A stretch of 64,000 nt of DNA from a virus (lineage: Duplodnaviria; Caudoviricetes): positions 1 to 64,000 of the IMG/VR virus record IMGVR_UViG_3300001531_000060, one strand, 5' to 3'. The translations under genes and the position numbers were made by a program. The notes under the pieces are model-generated. The model did no database searches. It was given only the letters and a program-made list of their open reading frames with translations, and was not told the origin of the DNA. Below are positions 27,285 through 38,549 of the stretch, piece by piece. Positions within the stretch are counted from its first letter, which is position 1; each line of letters starts with the position of its first letter.

Positions 27285-28205
27285 ATGAGTAAGTTTATAT
27301 TTACTACAGATTGGCATATATGTTTTCATCAACCTAGTTGTAGGGTTGATAATATAACAGAAACTCAACTGAATAAGTTGAGTTCTTTAGTTAATATATG
27401 TAATCAAGAGTTACCAGATTTTATTATTCATGGTGGAGATTTATTTGATGCTCCTAGATCTGCAGATCCATCAATACTTAATAATGTAATATCTATATTA
27501 AAGAACTTAAAATCGCCGTTCTTTTATGTTCCAGGCTCACATGATATTTATGGATATAATTTAGATTCTTATAAACAATCTTTTATTGGAACTTTAGAAG
27601 CTTCTGGCTGTATAAAGGTTTTGCATGATAAAGCTATATATAAATTTCCTTCAGACTTACTTTTAGGAGTTATGCCTTGTCAGTTGTCTAATAAAGTAGA
27701 AGACTATTTAGGATTTAAAGATTGTGATTTAATTGTTACACATAATTCTATTTCAGATATAAGTTTACCTTATGATCATATACTTATAAAAGATTTAGCA
27801 CAATACTTTAATGGTAAAATATTTTTGTGTGGACATATACATAAACCATTTTATATTATGGAAAACAATAATTTATTTGTGAATACAGGACCATTAATAA
27901 GAACATCAATTACAGAGAAAGATATTAAACCACATGTAGCAGTATTTAATAAAGTAAATACAAAGCTAGATTACAAAGATATTTTTATACCTGTATTAGA
28001 TAATATATTTGTTAATAAGAATATAACAACAGAAAGTAAAGAAGTCACTATGACATTTAATGATGCATTAAAAGATACGGATTTAGTTTTTAATGATATA
28101 TATGAGGTATTAGATCATATAGTAAAACAATTAAATGTAGATCCGAAGTACGCAGAGAAACTGAAATTGCGTTTAGAAACTGTAACAAAGAAATTGACTA
28201 AGTAA
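27285..28205 (+). CDS. SbcD/Mre11-like nuclease
   Basis: TDWH, GGDLFD, GSHD, THN, GHIH. Confidence 0.88.
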   Translation: MSKFIFTTDWHICFHQPSCRVDNITETQLNKLSSLVNICNQELPDFIIHGGDLFDAPRSADPSILNNVISILKNLKSPFFYVPGSHDIYGYNLDSYKQSFIGTLEASGCIKVLHDKAIYKFPSDLLLGVMPCQLSNKVEDYLGFKDCDLIVTHNSISDISLPYDHILIKDLAQYFNGKIFLCGHIHKPFYIMENNNLFVNTGPLIRTSITEKDIKPHVAVFNKVNTKLDYKDIFIPVLDNIFVNKNITTESKEVTMTFNDALKDTDLVFNDIYEVLDHIVKQLNVDPKYAEKLKLRLETVTKKLTK

Positions 28206-28216
28206 GAGAGGATAAT

Positions 28217-28651
28217 ATGGCACATAGTTCATCTACTAGAGAAGGTCGTGAATTTGGAGCAACATTAGAGAAGTTTGAAGAAACACAACAGAAGATGCAA
28301 TTAGATAAACAAATAGATGCTAGACTAAATGAAATAAAGAATATGTCACATGAGCAGATTGTTGAACGTATAACAAAGTTGACATCTGAAAGTTATGCAA
28401 CTAAGGCTCAGTTACAACAACTTGAGGCTGAGATAAAAGAGTGTGAAAAGGATTTAAATATTGAAGCTACTCCGGAGAATATAGTAGCTTATAAAAAACG
28501 TTTAGATACATCAATGAGAACAGCGTTATCTAATTTAGCACAATTTGAAGAAATGCTATTAGAAGAAACAAAAGATATGCATGATGATGCTAGACGTAAA
28601 TGGTTGGAAGATATTATTAATGAGGCACAAACAAATGCAAATACAAAATAA
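28217..28651 (+). CDS. coiled-coil protein, possibly an SbcC middle fragment
   Basis: Heptad repeats; lies between SbcD and the SbcC C-half. Confidence 0.5.
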   Translation: MAHSSSTREGREFGATLEKFEETQQKMQLDKQIDARLNEIKNMSHEQIVERITKLTSESYATKAQLQQLEAEIKECEKDLNIEATPENIVAYKKRLDTSMRTALSNLAQFEEMLLEETKDMHDDARRKWLEDIINEAQTNANTK

Positions 28652-29387
28652 AGTGCCAAAGATGCCTAGAAATAAACAGGCACTTGAAGAATATTTTGAA
28701 ATAAGACAACCTTATGTGACGCCGAAAGAAGAGTTCTGTGTTGACCAAAAGGTGTTGGATAAAGTTTATAAGTTAAAGAAGTATATAGAGGATATGCTTT
28801 TAGATATTGCAAAACGTGAAGGTGAATTTAATATTTATAGTTCACAGTTAAAGTCATTAGAAGATAAACAAAAAGAATTAGTAGAAGTTAAATTTGATTT
28901 AGAAAACGAAAAGGTTTTAGTTAAAGCATTATCAAAAATATCTCAGACGCAATTATCTAAGATAGAGAATTTATGTACAGTTGCATTACAAGATATTTTA
29001 CAAGATACGAATATTAAATTTAAAATTAGTATGGAAGAAACAAAGAAAGGTATAGATACATATTTTTATACAGTATCAGATGCAGGAGAGTCTGATATAT
29101 TACAATCTGAAGCAGGTGGAGTTAAGAACGTTTTATCTGTTTGTTTGCGTCTTATATTTCTTGAGTTCTGCAAACCAAAGATACAAGGTCCGGTTATATT
29201 GGATGAAGTAGGAGCCAATATATCTGCAGAGTATCAAAGTGCATTTGGAGAATTTTTAAGACAGTTTAGTGAGAAGAATAACAGACAAATAATATTAATT
29301 ACTCATAATAATAGTATAAAAGAAAAAGCACCAAATTTAATAACAATATATAAACATGGAAATGAATCTAAGGTAGGAGGTATATAA
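28581..29387 (+). CDS. SbcC/Rad50-like ATPase, C-terminal half (likely start 28635)
   Basis: Signature variant SEAGG, Walker B ILDE, IILITH. Confidence 0.82.
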   Translation: MMMLDVNGWKILLMRHKQMQIQNKVPKMPRNKQALEEYFEIRQPYVTPKEEFCVDQKVLDKVYKLKKYIEDMLLDIAKREGEFNIYSSQLKSLEDKQKELVEVKFDLENEKVLVKALSKISQTQLSKIENLCTVALQDILQDTNIKFKISMEETKKGIDTYFYTVSDAGESDILQSEAGGVKNVLSVCLRLIFLEFCKPKIQGPVILDEVGANISAEYQSAFGEFLRQFSEKNNRQIILITHNNSIKEKAPNLITIYKHGNESKVGGI

Positions 29388-29758
29388 TGCGTATAATAGA
29401 TGTAAGGAAATTAAATCGTGGGTACGTAGTTTATGTAAATGAAGATTATGATATTAAAACGTTAGATAATGATAAACGTTTTCAAGAGTTGACAACTTAT
29501 TATAAAAATCATAAACTATTAGGTAAAGAATATTACTTTACATTTGTTAAACCAGAAGCCTGTTCTAAAATTCAAACTTATTTACGTAAAAGAATTTTGG
29601 GTGTAGCACAGGAAAAGAAAGTTATAAAGCAAGATGTATTTACAGAAGGTCCATCAGAATCTTTTTTAAATAGAGGTGTTAATAAAGAACATAGAAAGAG
29701 ACAACCAAAAATAATAAAAGAAGCATTTAAAGTAACAAGAAAAAGGAGAAGAAAGTAA
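29387..29758 (+). CDS. basic hypothetical protein
   Basis: 123 aa, GGAGG RBS. Confidence 0.55.
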   Translation: MRIIDVRKLNRGYVVYVNEDYDIKTLDNDKRFQELTTYYKNHKLLGKEYYFTFVKPEACSKIQTYLRKRILGVAQEKKVIKQDVFTEGPSESFLNRGVNKEHRKRQPKIIKEAFKVTRKRRRK

Positions 29759-29760
29759 CA

Positions 29761-32223
29761 ATGAAACAATGTAACATTTGTGGTTTTAATTGTAAGAATA
29801 ATGTAGGTAGTTATATTGGAAGTAATGCAAAGGTATTATTTTTATTTGAAACACCTACATATCAAGCTGATCTAGAGAATAGAATTACAGCCGGTCCTGT
29901 AATGGAATTATTTAAACAATATTTAACGAAGCATAAAATATCATTTGATGATATAGCAATAACTTATATGTCACATTGCTTTTCCGGTACACCAACAAAA
30001 GACCAGGCATTTAAATTAACAAACAATCCTGTAAAGAAAAAATATTATGAGAATTGTAGACATCATCTAAATAAAATTTTAGAAGATGTTAAACCTAAAT
30101 TAGTTGTTTGTGTTGGAGATAGACCTACAAAGTATTTTCTTGGCGACACAAAAGCAAAGTTATTTGATGTTTATGGAGCAATAATAAAAAGTCCATTATA
30201 TAAAATAGATACATTTTGTATGTTGGATATGTATAAATTGTATTTGAAAACTCAGTATCGTTGTTACGGAGACAAATCATTTGAGTTTATTAAGAATTTT
30301 ATTGATGGTATAAAAGTACCTATGCAACAGACAAATTGTACTGTTACTGTAGATATTAAGTTATTACATGAAGCATTATCAAAGCTTTTAACATCAACAA
30401 AGACCGCTATAGATATTGAAACAAGTGGATTAAATTTTTTAAAAGATAAAATTATGGGTATAGGTTTTGCTCTTGACAAAGAGAATTCTTATTATATACC
30501 CTTACATAAATATGAGAATGATAAGATAGTTTCTTTCTGGGATGAACAAACTGAGAATTTAATTAAAGAAGATTTAAAAAAGTTTGTATCAAATGAAACA
30601 TTAAAGATTGCTTATAATGGTCAATTTGATTTTAAATTTATAAGACACTATTTAAATGTCGATAGAATTAATAATGCAAGTTTTGATGTAATGTTAGCTT
30701 CGCATTTATTAAATGAAAATTTAAATGGTATGCGTTCCTTAAAGTTATTATCTGTTTTATTTACGGATATGGGTGGATACGAATCCGTATTATATAATTG
30801 GTTACGAGAACATAAGATAGTTAAAGATGATATGTATAAAGCTCCAGTAGATATTCTTGGAACGTATTGTTGTTTAGATACGATAGCAACATATAGATTA
30901 TATAGTAAGTTTGATATACAACTTGAGAGAGAAGGTTTATTAGATGTATTTAAAAAATTAACCATGCCATTACAGAAAGTATTAATGGATGTTGAGTATG
31001 ATGGTGTACAAGTTGATATAAATCATTTAGCAGAAATTGAAAAGAATAATAAGAAAGCACTTGAAGATAAGTTAGCTGTTATTCGTGGAAAGGTTGGAGA
31101 TCCGGAATTTAATGTTAATTCAACTCAGCAGCTTGCAGATTTGATGTTTAAGAAATTAGGATGTAAAGTTTTAAGAACAACAGACTCTGGTAATCCTGCT
31201 ACAGATAAAGCAACAATTTCTAAGTATGCAAAGAAACATTCTGTACTACAAGATATACTTGATTATAAAAAGATTAGAACAGAAACATCTACATTTATAA
31301 CAGGTATGAAAGCTTTGTTAGATGATAACAACAAAGTGCATACGAATTATTTATTACATGGTACAGATTCTGGAAGATTGTCCTCAACAAATCCTAACTT
31401 ACAAAATATTCCTAGAGAGAAAACTATAAAGAATCTTTATATACCAGAACCTGGAAAGGTTATGATACAGTGCGATTTATCTCAAGGAGAGTTTAACGCT
31501 TGGGCTTCATATGCACAAGATGCAAAGATGTTAAATGATATTAAGAACGGATTAGATATTCATAGAACAGTTGCATCTAAAGTGTGGAATATGAAACCAG
31601 AAGACGTAACAAAAGAACTTCGTACATTTGCAAAGAGAGTTGTGTTTGGATTGATGTATGGTATATCTATAGAAGGTGCAGCCAAATTGGTAGGGTGTTC
31701 AGAATCCGAAGCACAAAGAATTCAAACTACGTTTTTTGGTATGTATCCAAAAGCAGCTGCTTGGTTAAAAAATATTCCGGTAGTAGCAAGAGCAAACGGT
31801 TATTTACAAACTGTATTCGGGAGAAAGAGAAGATTATCCCATCTATTTAATCATCCATTACAAAGCATAAGAAATTATGCAAATAGAGTTTCTTCTAATT
31901 TTCCTATGCAGTCGACAGTTGCAGATATTACAGCAAGGAATATGATTAATTTAAAACCATATTTAGATTCTGTAGGAGCACAAATTATATTAACTGTGCA
32001 TGATTCAATAATAGTTCAATGTGATAAAGCAATTGCAAAACAAGTATCAGAAGAAATGATGAAGATTGTTACACAACCGGTTCCAAATTATCATGGAATT
32101 ATTAGATGTGATATTGAAATTGGTGAAGCTTGGGGACATTTAGATAAAGTAGAATTTGACGAGGATACAGATAAGATTTTAAATGAGGATATTTTTTCAG
32201 AATTTGAACAAGAAAATACTTGA
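29761..32223 (+). CDS. polA: family A DNA polymerase with N-terminal uracil-DNA-glycosylase-like domain
   Basis: Exo DIETSG/YNGQFD/YCCLD; pol GRLSSTNPNLQNIP, DLSQGE, RTFAKRVVFGLMYG, HDS; N-terminal ~170 aa Cys-containing UDG family-4-like. Confidence 0.92.
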   Translation: MKQCNICGFNCKNNVGSYIGSNAKVLFLFETPTYQADLENRITAGPVMELFKQYLTKHKISFDDIAITYMSHCFSGTPTKDQAFKLTNNPVKKKYYENCRHHLNKILEDVKPKLVVCVGDRPTKYFLGDTKAKLFDVYGAIIKSPLYKIDTFCMLDMYKLYLKTQYRCYGDKSFEFIKNFIDGIKVPMQQTNCTVTVDIKLLHEALSKLLTSTKTAIDIETSGLNFLKDKIMGIGFALDKENSYYIPLHKYENDKIVSFWDEQTENLIKEDLKKFVSNETLKIAYNGQFDFKFIRHYLNVDRINNASFDVMLASHLLNENLNGMRSLKLLSVLFTDMGGYESVLYNWLREHKIVKDDMYKAPVDILGTYCCLDTIATYRLYSKFDIQLEREGLLDVFKKLTMPLQKVLMDVEYDGVQVDINHLAEIEKNNKKALEDKLAVIRGKVGDPEFNVNSTQQLADLMFKKLGCKVLRTTDSGNPATDKATISKYAKKHSVLQDILDYKKIRTETSTFITGMKALLDDNNKVHTNYLLHGTDSGRLSSTNPNLQNIPREKTIKNLYIPEPGKVMIQCDLSQGEFNAWASYAQDAKMLNDIKNGLDIHRTVASKVWNMKPEDVTKELRTFAKRVVFGLMYGISIEGAAKLVGCSESEAQRIQTTFFGMYPKAAAWLKNIPVVARANGYLQTVFGRKRRLSHLFNHPLQSIRNYANRVSSNFPMQSTVADITARNMINLKPYLDSVGAQIILTVHDSIIVQCDKAIAKQVSEEMMKIVTQPVPNYHGIIRCDIEIGEAWGHLDKVEFDEDTDKILNEDIFSEFEQENT

Positions 32224-32248
32224 CAAAATTTTAAAAATTATGTATAAT
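32220..32248 (+). promoter_or_regulatory. sigma70-type promoter with extended -10 for the chaperonin operon
   Basis: TTGACA, 17 nt ending TG, TATAAT. Confidence 0.85.
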
Positions 32249-32273
32249 TATTTTAAATTTATCGGAGGAATTC

Positions 32274-34203
<1,930 letters not shown>

Positions 34204-34204
<1 letters not shown>

Positions 34205-34893
34205 TGGTATACGGATTGAATTACTTACACCAACGCAATATAGATGATCAACAGATATCTGATTTTGGATTAGCATATCTGTATAATAATCAACTATATG
34301 GTGTAAGTAATTCACCTACATTTGAAAAACTTTGTCAGTTTATACATAAGTTATTTGAAGAAAAAATAGATTTAAATATATATGATAATTGTATACTTAT
34401 ACCTATTTTTGATTTATATAATAATATAATTTCATTTGCAGCTAGACACTTATCACCAAATGTAAAACAAAAATTTATTGGTGTAAAAGGATTTAAAAAA
34501 TCTTTATTATTGTTTGGCTTGAATTTAGCTTATGACGCAATACTTGAAATGGATGAAGTTATTTTAGTTGAAGGATATTGGGAAGTAATTGCGTTACATA
34601 AAGTAGGGATTCGAAACGTTGTAGCTTTATGTGGATGTTCCATTAAAGATGTACAAGTTTCTTATTTAATGAGATTTACAAAAAATTTTAAAATATTATT
34701 AGATCCAGATAAAGCAGGAATGGAAGGTAGTGAAAGAGTCGCTAAAACTATAAATAGTTTTGGTGGTAACGTAGAAATTTTACAGTTACAATCAAATGTC
34801 GATATTGATGAATTTTTAGCAAAAAATAATAAAGAGGAGTTTATACAAAAATGTGGACTATCGCAGAAGTATTTAAAAGAATCCCTCAAGTAA
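34204..34893 (+). CDS. DnaG-like primase catalytic (Toprim) domain without zinc finger
   Basis: ILIPIFD..ISFAAR, VILVEGYWEV, VVALCG, LLDPDKAG. Confidence 0.82.
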
Positions 34894-35411
34894 CTGTTTC
34901 AGATTATCGTTGGTATATTATAAATTTTTACTCGTTTGTAAAATTAAATCAGATAAGTAATGTACTTAAGTCTTATGACAATGACAATTTTTTATGGGTA
35001 CCTACTCATTTAGAAAAGAAGCGTTTACAAGAACGAAGTAATCAAATTATAACGGTTGATAAACCAAATTATTTTACATATGGATTTATTGCGATTAGAC
35101 CACAAAGTACAAATATAAAAGAGATTGCAAGTAGAATTAATTTTATTTATGGTGCACAAATACTTAAAGGTATGGTGTTTGATGATGAAGTTAAGCAAGC
35201 ATTAGAGGTTGCTTATAAATATAATGCAAAGAAAAAGGAAGTAAGTTTTCAACCCGGTACAACTGTCCGTATTAATTCCGGTGCCTTTTATGGATTAAAT
35301 GCTAAGGTTGTAGAAGTTAATGGCACTAAAGTATCTCTAGAAGTTGATATGTGGCAGAATACAATCCAAATAGTCACAAGTATATTAGATATTCAAAGCT
35401 TGGATGAATAA
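34851..35411 (+). CDS. NusG-like transcription factor (NGN + KOW)
   Basis: WYIIN...LWVP...KPNYFTYGFI (NGN-like); FQPGTTVRINSGAFYGLNAKVVEV (KOW). Confidence 0.75.
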   Translation: MWTIAEVFKRIPQVTVSDYRWYIINFYSFVKLNQISNVLKSYDNDNFLWVPTHLEKKRLQERSNQIITVDKPNYFTYGFIAIRPQSTNIKEIASRINFIYGAQILKGMVFDDEVKQALEVAYKYNAKKKEVSFQPGTTVRINSGAFYGLNAKVVEVNGTKVSLEVDMWQNTIQIVTSILDIQSLDE

Positions 35412-35913
35412 GGAGAGAACTATGTTTTCTGAGTTTAAACAAGCTGTTGAGAATATCTCTACAAGTACAGATATACTAGAAGTAATGTTTTTATTTTACT
35501 TCGATAAGAAAACTTTTATGTGGTATAAACATTTAATAGATAATAGGACTTCTCAGAAAAATCAAACTCAGTTAGGTATATTGTATGATATGGAGCAAAG
35601 TTTTATATGCAGAGAGCTACAGAAGGTTCAATCAAAGATAAAGAAATATATGTCAGATTTAGATAGAAACAGACCTTTATTAATAAATGTATTGAATTAT
35701 ATAGATAAAAATACAAATGAACATCAGAAGTTAGTACTTTCTTATATATTACAAAGAAAGTCTTATAGTAAGATTGCAAAGATACTTGGTGTAAGTAGAC
35801 AAGCAGTACACTGTTGTGTATCTGGTTTTTACCATAGAGTTGCCAAACAAACTGATCAAGAGTCAATTTTATTCAAAAATCAATATAAAAAATTATTTGG
35901 TATTGAATTTTAA
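35404..35913 (+). CDS. sigma70 region-4-like HTH regulator
   Basis: C-terminal HQKLVLSYILQRKSYSKIAKILGVSRQAVH. Confidence 0.65.
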   Translation: MNKERTMFSEFKQAVENISTSTDILEVMFLFYFDKKTFMWYKHLIDNRTSQKNQTQLGILYDMEQSFICRELQKVQSKIKKYMSDLDRNRPLLINVLNYIDKNTNEHQKLVLSYILQRKSYSKIAKILGVSRQAVHCCVSGFYHRVAKQTDQESILFKNQYKKLFGIEF

Positions 35914-35916
35914 CTC

Positions 35917-35937
35917 CCTTGACAAAACTATCATAAT
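35917..35937 (+). promoter_or_regulatory. repeated phage motif (candidate late promoter)
   Basis: CCTTGACAAAACTATCATAAT. Confidence 0.75.
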
Positions 35938-35976
35938 ATAGGTTTTTAAGATAGTTTTTATTATAAGGAGAGTACT

Positions 35977-36819
35977 ATGTCTATATTTGATAAGTTTAAG
36001 AAAATATTTAGTTCAGGGAGTGACGATTCATTTGAGGAAGCTAAATCACCAGAAGAACAAGTCTTGAATAAAGCTTTAGATGAAGAAGCTAAATTTCAAG
36101 ATGCTGTTGAAAAAGAACAAGCTACAATGCTTAAAAATGTTAATTGGTCTAAGATTATACAAAAAGTATTTTCAAATACTGAAATTAAAGAATTGATAAA
36201 GAAATTACGTGATAGCTATTCAAAAATTGATTACTCAGATATGAGTGTGTTTTTTGATGATATCTCTGATGGCGTTGATTTAATTATTGAGTTTATGTGT
36301 AAAGATGAGTCAGAAGATTTTGTAGAGCTTACAAAGATACCTATGTTTAAATCACAAGTTGCAGAAGCATTATTCAAAGTTATTTCTAAACCGGTTTCTG
36401 AAAAAACCAGTGATAAATATGATTATGACGCAGTTAATTTTAATAAAATTTTTAATCCTGAGATGAATAACTTAGCTTCTTTATGCAGATTCATTTCTGA
36501 ATTCTTGAGAAGCTACAGAAGAAATCCTAGAGTTGCTACTAATTTAATATTACCTTATTTTGAATCTAAAGAATATGTACAAAATTTTATAGAGCTTTGT
36601 TATAATATTGATATGTTTGTACAGAATTTTAGACAAATACCATACAACGATATTTCTAATGAAGAAAAGAAAAGATTTCTCGATACTATAAATAGTTTTG
36701 TTGCAGGATATTCTAAAAACAATATATTAACTGCATTAAATATTTTAATGAAAACACAAAAATATTACGAGCAAAGTAATCCGAAGGTAGATTATTCTGT
36801 TATTGGAGGAAGTCTTTAA
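35977..36819 (+). CDS. hypothetical protein
   Basis: 280 aa, AAGGAG RBS, starts MSIFDKFKKIF. Confidence 0.65.
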   Translation: MSIFDKFKKIFSSGSDDSFEEAKSPEEQVLNKALDEEAKFQDAVEKEQATMLKNVNWSKIIQKVFSNTEIKELIKKLRDSYSKIDYSDMSVFFDDISDGVDLIIEFMCKDESEDFVELTKIPMFKSQVAEALFKVISKPVSEKTSDKYDYDAVNFNKIFNPEMNNLASLCRFISEFLRSYRRNPRVATNLILPYFESKEYVQNFIELCYNIDMFVQNFRQIPYNDISNEEKKRFLDTINSFVAGYSKNNILTALNILMKTQKYYEQSNPKVDYSVIGGSL

Positions 36820-36822
36820 TTT

Positions 36823-37509
36823 ATGGCATCACATATATTTCAATATCCAGCTGATGTTTTAGAAGCATTGAACCAGAAGATTGATAGTGGAGCATCAGTT
36901 CGTGTTATACAACAATTCATAAAAGATAATTATAGTAACGTGGTAACAGTACCATCGTTAGATGCAATATCTTTGTATAGAAAACAATATCAATCAAAGA
37001 ATACTGCAATTACTTTACAAACAAATAAGACCGAAATAAGTAGAGAGTTTAATGAGGGATTAACAGAACTTGATAGATTACTTACACAAATTAAAGGAAG
37101 ACAAGAACTTAACTATAGTAATGTAAAGGTTTTGCAAGGTTTAATGGGTAAGTGCTTATTGAGGGAGTCCGCATTAGAACATCAACAGGCGAGTAATAGA
37201 GTTCCTGATATGATGGTTGAAAAACAAATACTTGCTTACATATCTGAAGCTAGAAACTATGTTAAAACAATTGTACAACTTACAGCAGATTTAGCGTCAC
37301 AGCAGGCTAAACTCGATGAGCTTGTAAAAAAAGAAACTAAGTTTTTATTACAAACTGTTTCTAATATTGTTTTACAAATCTGTCCACAACATTACGATCA
37401 ATTTACTAAACTATTTAAACAAGCATTAATAAATGAATCTAGTAATCTAAATATGTTAGTATCACAAGAAGAAGCTTCTGAAAATGAAAAAGAGTTAAAA
37501 AATTTTTAA
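36823..37509 (+). CDS. helical protein, possible terminase small subunit
   Basis: HTH-like N-terminus, all-helical; nearest non-HEG gene upstream of TerL (positional inference). Confidence 0.35.
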   Translation: MASHIFQYPADVLEALNQKIDSGASVRVIQQFIKDNYSNVVTVPSLDAISLYRKQYQSKNTAITLQTNKTEISREFNEGLTELDRLLTQIKGRQELNYSNVKVLQGLMGKCLLRESALEHQQASNRVPDMMVEKQILAYISEARNYVKTIVQLTADLASQQAKLDELVKKETKFLLQTVSNIVLQICPQHYDQFTKLFKQALINESSNLNMLVSQEEASENEKELKNF

Positions 37510-37515
37510 TAATTA

Positions 37516-37597
37516 ATGTAGCTAGGTTCGCTACCGAAAAGGATGCAACTCACATCCCTGCTACATATTAAATTTTGAGTAATTACAGGAGTGTAAT
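37516..37597 (+). promoter_or_regulatory. structured RNA leader of homing endonuclease gene (copy 1)
   Basis: Three-way junction covarying with 54837-54924. Confidence 0.65.
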
Positions 37598-38548
37598 ATG
37601 GAAGAATTAATTAAGTATTTAAATGGTCATAAGAATTATAGAGTTTCAACTATAGAGAAAGATTACTTAACTCAAGAAGTTAAAGATACGTTAACTAAGT
37701 ATAGTTTAACTTTAAAAGAGTTGTGTTATAGAATAATACATAATATAGCTTTAGATAAAGTGTTTACTTGTAAATATTGCGGTAAACGTGTTGGGTTGAG
37801 AAAAGGTAAAAATAAATATAAAGAGTTTTGTGACCTTAAATGTTCTGGTGATTATATAAATAATTTAAAAGAAGTTAAAGAAAAAAAGCAACAAACTTTG
37901 ATAGAAAAGTATGGCGTAAATAACCCTACTAAATTAAAAGAGTTTAAAATTAAGATAAAAAATACTTGTTTAAATAAATATGGTGTAGATCATTATTCTA
38001 AAACCCAGAAGTGGAAAGATAGATATAAACAAACTTGTAATAAGCGCTATGGTACAGATTATTATTTACAGTCTCAAGAACGTAAGAATAGAAATGATGA
38101 AATACAAGAGAAGGCTTATAATACAAAGAAAAGCAATAATACATGTAATACATCAAAACAAGAAGAAGCAGTATATAAATTGCTTTTAACTAAATTTCAA
38201 TCAGATGATATTGTAAGATATTATAAATCTAAGCTATACCCTTTTAACTGTGATTTTTATATTAAGAGTTTGGATTTATATATTGAGTATAATGGTAATT
38301 GGACTCATGGCAAGGAACCTTTTGACAAGAATAATTTAAAACATTTAAAACTATTGGAATATTGGAAGATTAAATCTAAAGAAACAAATTTTAAAAAGAA
38401 AACAAAGAACTATTATAGAAGTGCTATTTATACTTGGACAGTAAGAGATGTTAAGAAGTTAGAAACTTTCAAAAAGAATAAGCTTAATTATAAAATATTT
38501 TGGAATATTGAAGAAGTGAAAATTTGGATTAAAGAACAGGAAGTATGA
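37598..38548 (+). CDS. putative homing endonuclease, Vsr/DUF559-like PD-(D/E)xK domain
   Basis: CKYC Zn motif, KYGVxNP/KYGVDHY repeats, CDFYIKSLDLYIEYNGNWTHG. Confidence 0.72.
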   Translation: MEELIKYLNGHKNYRVSTIEKDYLTQEVKDTLTKYSLTLKELCYRIIHNIALDKVFTCKYCGKRVGLRKGKNKYKEFCDLKCSGDYINNLKEVKEKKQQTLIEKYGVNNPTKLKEFKIKIKNTCLNKYGVDHYSKTQKWKDRYKQTCNKRYGTDYYLQSQERKNRNDEIQEKAYNTKKSNNTCNTSKQEEAVYKLLLTKFQSDDIVRYYKSKLYPFNCDFYIKSLDLYIEYNGNWTHGKEPFDKNNLKHLKLLEYWKIKSKETNFKKKTKNYYRSAIYTWTVRDVKKLETFKKNKLNYKIFWNIEEVKIWIKEQEV

Positions 38549-38549
38549 T

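Noticed and set aside
28581-28651. Programmed frameshift joining the coiled-coil ORF to the SbcC C-half
   Set aside because: A GAGG RBS with ATG at 28635 explains the overlap as ordinary translational coupling; no convincing slippery site seen.
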